Virus record (IMG/VR): IMGVR_UViG_3300046387_000246
Span: 11,494-75,493 of that record
DNA from: a virus
Length of the DNA: 64,000 nucleotides
Reading direction: 5' to 3' (one strand)
The notes beneath the pieces were generated by a model. That model did not search any database. It saw only the letters and a program-made list of their open reading frames with translations, and had not been told where the DNA came from. Every line of letters starts with the position of its first letter. The first letter of the stretch is position 1. A program made the position numbers and the translations under genes. This document shows positions 58,573 to 64,000 of this stretch, piece by piece.

Positions 58573-61353
58573 ATGGCATCAACCCAACTGTCACCAGGGG
58601 TCGTTGTACTTGAGAAGGATCTCACTACAGTCGCTAACGCGACACTAGATAATGTGGCAGTGGTAGTGGGTTCCTTTGAGAAGGGTCCAGTTAATAAGAT
58701 CGTAGACATCACTTCAGAGAAGGAACTACTATCTGTTTTCGGAAGACCAAACGATTACAACTACGAATACTGGTACAACGCTGCACAATTTTTATTGTAC
58801 GGTGGAACTTTAAAAGTTATCCGTGCAAATTCAAGTTCTTTAAAGAACGGTATTGACACAGCACAGACAACTCTGACAACATTTAGTGCATCAGACACTA
58901 CACTCACAGTAAGCTCTGCTGCGGATATTGCGGTTGATGATTATTTACTAATCGATGCTGAAATTATGCAAGTCACCGTTATTAGCGGTCAAGACTTGAC
59001 AGTGAATCGTGGACAGCTATCTACTGCTGCTACTTCACACGCTGCTGGTGCTTCAATTACACTAATAGAAGATTCTGGTAACTCTACTACTATGAACCAA
59101 GGTGGAACCCTTGCTAGTGGTGGAACTGCCCTAACAGTTACTTCTGTTGCTGCTCTTTCAGTTTCAACAAACGATTACATCAAGATCGCTGACGAAATTC
59201 TAAGGGTTACTGCTATCGTCGGAAACGATCTAACAGTTACTCGTGGAGAACTAGAAACAACTGGTGCTGCACAGACAGACGGACAGACTGTTAAAAAACT
59301 TTCAGTAACAGCTTCAAAGACTACAATCAATGAAAGTACATCAACTGGTGTTGCTGCTCCAATCATCAAGAACTTAGAAGAGTATGAATCTACTGTAGAA
59401 ACTGCTGCTAATGCTTGGAAGTATGGTGCACGTCATCCTGGTCTTTACGGTAACTCAATTCGCGTACTTGTAACAGACGCGGGTCCTGATCAAATTCTTT
59501 CACTTGCACAACCAACATCATCTGAGTGGGAATTCCAAACCACTACTGCTGTTTCTTACAGTGCTGCAAATGCTACTGCTAAGATCTTCCGTTACACAAT
59601 TATTGTATCGCTAGACTCCGCTACCATTGCTGGTGACTTTAACAACGGTGAATACTGGAGAGCAGAAAGTGATGCTGCATCACCTGTAAGTATTGCTGTT
59701 CAAGGTACAGTCAAGGCATATGATCCTGTAACTAGGAAGATTGAACTAGATGTTAACTACACTCTATCATCAGATGTTCTTGAAGTTGGTGACGTTGTTG
59801 CTCTTTGGACTGCTGCTTCTGGTGGATCTAGAACTGGAGACAAAGCAAAAGTTGAAGCAATTAACAGACAGTTACACGTATTAACAGATGAGTCTGCTAA
59901 TAGGTTCGAACCAAACTACACTGTAGAAGATGATAATGGAAGTGGTTCTCCAAACGTTCAAGTTGCTTCAGTAAGATCTGAGTATGATGAGCGTTACTTC
60001 GGTGGTGGACAAAAGTGGTCATCACTTGCTCCAAAACCAAGCACTTCACCTTGGGTCTCTGACCGTGGTGGTGACAATGACCAAATGCATATCGTTGTCC
60101 TTGATGGAGACGGTCTACTAACTGGTTCACCTGGATCTGTTCTAGAGAAGTTCCTCTTCGTATCTAAGGCATCTGATGCTAAAGGTGTACAGGGAGAAAC
60201 AATATACTACAGAGACGTTATTAAAAATAACTCACAATATATCTACTGGGGTTCACACGAATCAGGTTCAGTCTTTGATGTAGATGCAGCTGCTAACGGT
60301 GACTGGGGTCAGTCAGGTATTAGCAGAAAATTTGACTTGATCAAACAAACTGCTGCTATCAAGACTAACGAAACAAATCTAGGTAGAGAAATCATCGGTA
60401 CTGCTGGTGCATCAACTGTACGTTATGCAATCCAAGGTGGTCAAGATGGATACACACTTGCACGTGGAGAAATCCTCGGAGCATTTGATCTTGTTGCTGA
60501 CAAAGAAACCATTGATGTAGATTACATCTTGATGGGTCCTTCGATGGCAGACACTAGCGACTCTATCGCTAAAGCACAAAAGATCATTGACATTGCTGCC
60601 ACACGTAAAGATTGTATGGCATTCATCTCTCCATCACGTCTTGATGTGATTGGACAGAGTGATACAAACGTAATCGTTAACAGAACTATCGATTACTTCG
60701 ACAAGTTATCTTCTACTTCATACGCAGTATTTGATAACAACTACAAGTACATCTATGACAAGTACAACGACAAGTATAGATACATCGCTTGTAACGCTGA
60801 CGTTGCTGGTTTAACCTTAAACACAACTCTCAACGCAGAGTCTTGGTTCTCACCTGCTGGCTTCAACAGAGGACAACTACGTAATGCAATCAAACTATCA
60901 TATTCTCCTCTTAAGGATCATAGAGATAGGTTGTACGCTGCACGTGTTAACCCAGTTGTAGCATTCCCTGGACAAGGTATTGTATTGTTCGGTGACAAGA
61001 CTGCTCTTTCATACAACAGTGCATTCGACAGAATTAACGTTCGTCGTCTATTCCTTGTATTAGAAGATGCAATCTCTGATGCAGCAAAGACACAACTCTT
61101 TGAATTGAATGACGAGTTCACTCGTGCTTCATTCAAGAACATTGTCGAACCATTCCTACGTAGTGTTCAATCACGCAGAGGAATTATAGACTTCTTGGTT
61201 GTCTGCGACAGCAGTAACAACCCACCTGAAGCAATTGATCGTGGTGAATTCTTCGCGGAGATCTTCGTGAAACCCACGAGGTCGATCAATTACATCACTC
61301 TTACATTCACTGCTACTAGAACTGGTTCTAGTTTCGCTGAAGTAACAAACTAA
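58573..61353 (+). CDS. g18: Tail sheath protein gp18 (926 aa, with inserted domains)
   Basis: LSPGVVV.E.D, WFSPAG.NRG, FGDKT, FDRINVRRLF and KPTRSINYITL.F.ATRTG motifs. Confidence 0.97.
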   Translation: MASTQLSPGVVVLEKDLTTVANATLDNVAVVVGSFEKGPVNKIVDITSEKELLSVFGRPNDYNYEYWYNAAQFLLYGGTLKVIRANSSSLKNGIDTAQTTLTTFSASDTTLTVSSAADIAVDDYLLIDAEIMQVTVISGQDLTVNRGQLSTAATSHAAGASITLIEDSGNSTTMNQGGTLASGGTALTVTSVAALSVSTNDYIKIADEILRVTAIVGNDLTVTRGELETTGAAQTDGQTVKKLSVTASKTTINESTSTGVAAPIIKNLEEYESTVETAANAWKYGARHPGLYGNSIRVLVTDAGPDQILSLAQPTSSEWEFQTTTAVSYSAANATAKIFRYTIIVSLDSATIAGDFNNGEYWRAESDAASPVSIAVQGTVKAYDPVTRKIELDVNYTLSSDVLEVGDVVALWTAASGGSRTGDKAKVEAINRQLHVLTDESANRFEPNYTVEDDNGSGSPNVQVASVRSEYDERYFGGGQKWSSLAPKPSTSPWVSDRGGDNDQMHIVVLDGDGLLTGSPGSVLEKFLFVSKASDAKGVQGETIYYRDVIKNNSQYIYWGSHESGSVFDVDAAANGDWGQSGISRKFDLIKQTAAIKTNETNLGREIIGTAGASTVRYAIQGGQDGYTLARGEILGAFDLVADKETIDVDYILMGPSMADTSDSIAKAQKIIDIAATRKDCMAFISPSRLDVIGQSDTNVIVNRTIDYFDKLSSTSYAVFDNNYKYIYDKYNDKYRYIACNADVAGLTLNTTLNAESWFSPAGFNRGQLRNAIKLSYSPLKDHRDRLYAARVNPVVAFPGQGIVLFGDKTALSYNSAFDRINVRRLFLVLEDAISDAAKTQLFELNDEFTRASFKNIVEPFLRSVQSRRGIIDFLVVCDSSNNPPEAIDRGEFFAEIFVKPTRSINYITLTFTATRTGSSFAEVTN

Positions 61354-61385
61354 CTCAAGAGAATTCCTATTAAGGAGTAACAACA

Positions 61386-62075
61386 ATGGCAGAACAACAA
61401 CCAGGACAGGTAGAACAGGCTTCGATTAAGGCTCCTATTTTTACCTTCCGTGACCAAGTAAAGGACTTTGCACGTCCCAATCTGTTCCAAGCAGAAATCT
61501 ATGCTCCTCCTGTTTTACAAAACCAGAACAATGGCACAATGTCAGGTGTATCTGGTGGAGTATCAGGATCTACCGCAGAAGCAACTGAGAACGCAGCAGG
61601 CGGCTCAGCTGGTGGTAGTGCAGCACAGCAACTTGCATTTGGAACCTTCCTAGTAAAAGCAGCAACTCTTCCAGCATCTACTGTTGGTGTAGTTGAAGTT
61701 CCTTACAGGGGAAGAATGCTGAAACTCGCTGGAGATAGAACCTTTGAACCTTGGACTGTAACCGTACTTAACGATCAGTCATTCAAGTTCAGAGCATTCT
61801 TCGAAGCGTGGTCTTCACAGATTCAAGCAATGCAGCAGAACTTCCAATCTGCTAACACTATGGCTCAGTATATGGGTGCAGCAAAAGTTAGACAGATGGA
61901 TAGAAAAGGCAATATTATGAGAACCTATAAGTTCGAAGGTATTTGGCCAAACAACATCAGTGCAATTGATCTTGACTGGGGTAACAATGATACACCAGAA
62001 GAGTACACAGTTGAGTTCCAGATTCAATACTGGACACACGACACAGATGTGAACACTTCTAATGCTAACGGATAG
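61386..62075 (+). CDS. g19: Tail tube protein gp19
   Basis: ARPNLF, KAATLPAS.VG..EVPYRGR.LK.AGDRTFEPWT.TV.ND and EEYTVEFQ.QYW motifs. Confidence 0.96.
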   Translation: MAEQQPGQVEQASIKAPIFTFRDQVKDFARPNLFQAEIYAPPVLQNQNNGTMSGVSGGVSGSTAEATENAAGGSAGGSAAQQLAFGTFLVKAATLPASTVGVVEVPYRGRMLKLAGDRTFEPWTVTVLNDQSFKFRAFFEAWSSQIQAMQQNFQSANTMAQYMGAAKVRQMDRKGNIMRTYKFEGIWPNNISAIDLDWGNNDTPEEYTVEFQIQYWTHDTDVNTSNANG

Positions 62076-62089
62076 GGTTTTAGAAACTC

Positions 62090-62097
62090 GCTAAATA
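62090..62097 (+). promoter_or_regulatory. T4-type late promoter (GCTAAATA)
   Basis: Intergenic, 23 nt before g20. Confidence 0.65.
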
Positions 62098-62120
62098 GTA
62101 CGTAAAACAAAAAGATAATA

Positions 62121-63746
62121 ATGTCCCAACTTTTTGGTTATTCTCTTGAGCGTGCGAAGAAGGGTCAGACTACTGGCCCTTCTTTTGTATCCAAAGAATC
62201 CGATGATGCTGCAACTCCAGTTGCTGGCGGAGGGTATTTTGGTACCGCAATTGATCTTGATGGAACATTTAAGGATGAGAATGATCTCATCCGACGTTAT
62301 CGTTCTATGTCAATTCATCCTGAATGTGACAGAGCAATTGATGATGTAGTAAACGAAGCAATCGCTGGTGATATCGATGATACACCTGTTGATGTAGAAC
62401 TGTCTAACTTAAAAGTTAGCAGTGGTATTAAGAAGAAAATACGTGACGAATTTATGAACGTATTGCGTCTTCTTGATTTTGATAAGAAAGCATATGATAT
62501 TTTCCGTCGTTGGTACATTGATGGAAAGGTATACTATCATAAACTTATCGATCCTAAGAATCCTCGTAGAGGAATTACAGAACTTAGATACGTAGATCCA
62601 CGAAAAATCCGTAAGGTCGTGGAGATGGAAAGAAATAAAGATAGACAACAATTAGATCCACGGACTTTAGAATCGCAGTTGTCACCTAGGACTTGTGAAT
62701 ACTATGTGTACAATCCTAAAGGACTCCGTGCAGGTATGGAGACCAGTGGTCTAAAGATCGCACCAGACGCGATCGCTTTCTGCCACAGTGGTCTGAAAGA
62801 TATGAATAAAAATGTGGTGATGTCACATCTCCACAAAGCAATCAAAGCACTTAACCAGTTGCGTATGATTGAAGACTCTCTGGTTATCTACCGACTGAGT
62901 AGAGCACCAGAACGTAGAATTTTCTACATTGATGTAGGAAATCTTCCTAAGCAAAAGGCAGAACAATACTTACGTGAGGTGATGTCTCGCTATAGGAATA
63001 AATTAGTTTACAACGCAGACACAGGAGAAATTAGAGATGACAGAAAATTTATGTCAATGCTCGAAGACTTCTGGCTCCCACGTAGAGAAGGAGGACGAGG
63101 TACTGAAATCACTACGCTCCCAGGTGGACAAAATCTTGGAGAACTTGAGGATGTCAAATACTTCCAAAAGAAACTCTATCGTGCATTGAACGTACCAGAG
63201 TCACGTTTAGAATCAGAAAGCTCATTCAATCTTGGACGTGCTGCTGAGATCACACGTGATGAAGTTAAGTTCCAGAAGTTTGTGACTAGGTTGCGTAAGA
63301 AGTTCTCAGAACTATTACACGACTTACTCAAAACACAGTTGATTCTGAAAGGTATTATCTCACTCGAAGAGTGGGAAGATATGTCAGAACATATACAGTA
63401 TGATTTTATTGCTGACAACTTCTTCGCTGAATTGAAGGAGAAAGAGATGCTCACAGAGCGTCTAAACCTTGTCACATCAATGGATCCTTTTGCAGGTCGT
63501 TACTTCTCACTTGAATACATCCGTCGTCAAATACTAAGACATACAGATGCAGAGATGAAAGAGATCGATAAGCAAATGGAGAAGGAGATTGCTGATGGTA
63601 AGCTCCCTGATCCTGCAACCATTGACCCTGCTACAGGAATGCCTTTAGAGGATCCTATGGCAATGGAAGGTGAAGGAATGGAAGAGGAAGCGGAAATCAG
63701 TATAGATAACGTAGAACCTGCGGACTATAAACGTGGGGAATTCTAA
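62121..63746 (+). CDS. g20: Portal protein gp20
   Basis: IYRLSRAPERRIFYIDVGNLPK, EDFWLPRREGGRGTEITTLPGGQNLG and ITRDEVKF motifs. Confidence 0.98.
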   Translation: MSQLFGYSLERAKKGQTTGPSFVSKESDDAATPVAGGGYFGTAIDLDGTFKDENDLIRRYRSMSIHPECDRAIDDVVNEAIAGDIDDTPVDVELSNLKVSSGIKKKIRDEFMNVLRLLDFDKKAYDIFRRWYIDGKVYYHKLIDPKNPRRGITELRYVDPRKIRKVVEMERNKDRQQLDPRTLESQLSPRTCEYYVYNPKGLRAGMETSGLKIAPDAIAFCHSGLKDMNKNVVMSHLHKAIKALNQLRMIEDSLVIYRLSRAPERRIFYIDVGNLPKQKAEQYLREVMSRYRNKLVYNADTGEIRDDRKFMSMLEDFWLPRREGGRGTEITTLPGGQNLGELEDVKYFQKKLYRALNVPESRLESESSFNLGRAAEITRDEVKFQKFVTRLRKKFSELLHDLLKTQLILKGIISLEEWEDMSEHIQYDFIADNFFAELKEKEMLTERLNLVTSMDPFAGRYFSLEYIRRQILRHTDAEMKEIDKQMEKEIADGKLPDPATIDPATGMPLEDPMAMEGEGMEEEAEISIDNVEPADYKRGEF

Positions 63747-63749
63747 ATA
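63742..63749 (+). promoter_or_regulatory. T4-type late promoter (TCTAAATA)
   Basis: Overlaps the g20 stop; followed by a GAGG RBS and the ATG at 63772. Confidence 0.6.
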
Positions 63750-63771
63750 GTATACATAATGAGGTTATTTT

Positions 63772-63978
63772 ATGCCTAGCATTCCAGCTACTGAGATCGT
63801 TGACAAACTTTTTTCTGGTAATAAAGATTTAAGTTCAGAAGTTAACGATGCAATGATGGCTATTTCTGCCGAAAAACTCGAAGCAGAAAAGAAAGCTATT
63901 GCTGCAAACTGGTTAAAACCAGAAGAACAACCAGAAACAGAGGTCACACCAGATGAAACTGATAACGGAACAGATTGA
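63772..63978 (+). CDS. Small acidic prohead core protein (gp67-like position)
   Basis: 68 aa with a Glu-rich C-terminus, located between g20 and g21. Confidence 0.7.
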   Translation: MPSIPATEIVDKLFSGNKDLSSEVNDAMMAISAEKLEAEKKAIAANWLKPEEQPETEVTPDETDNGTD

Positions 63979-64000
63979 AGACATTCAAGTTCTTGAAGAA
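63953..64000 (+). CDS. g21: Prohead protease gp21, N-terminal fragment truncated by the window edge
   Basis: MKLITEQIEDIQVLEE; the MKLITE start is typical of cyanophage gp21; GAGG RBS; expected gene order. Confidence 0.8.
   Translation, partial: MKLITEQIEDIQVLEE

Noticed and set aside
1-64000. tRNA/rRNA genes, integrase, transposase or defence genes
   Set aside because: None were recognised; intergenic gaps are short and mostly accounted for by promoters, terminators and small ORFs.

Overview
This window is a segment of a T4-like marine cyanomyovirus genome (Kyanoviridae-like, AT-rich, probably infecting Prochlorococcus or Synechococcus). It covers the late virion-structure module. Gene order: PAAR (gp5.4-like, truncated), gp25, gp6, a giant 8,566-aa gp7-like protein, a YHYH/cupredoxin/Ig protein, gp9-like, a structural protein, gp8, VrlC/DUF4815, two small ORFs, a long tail fibre, a host-like secreted protein, gp13, gp14, gp15, gp16, an accessory cluster of about 11 small ORFs plus an SNase nuclease, gp17, gp18, gp19, gp20, a prohead core protein and gp21 (truncated). 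Almost all genes are on the + strand, and T4-type late promoters (NNTAAATA) precede most of them. I found no tRNA, rRNA, CRISPR array, intron, intein or mobile element. The main finding is that the repeat region of the 8,566-aa protein is not a tandem array. It parses as a balanced, last-in-first-out nest of domains inserted inside one another: 21 Cys/His beta-domains up to 9 deep, sitting inside three nested helical domains. This predicts a branched, possibly metal-binding virion appendage made from one polypeptide. Other observations are intact type-1-copper-like motifs in two neighbouring baseplate genes, strong apparent CATG avoidance, a synonymously recoded duplication in the tail fibre, several small ORFs missed by the ORF track, and a lone antisense late gene with a coupled leader ORF. 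All family assignments come from motif recognition and gene order, not database searches.
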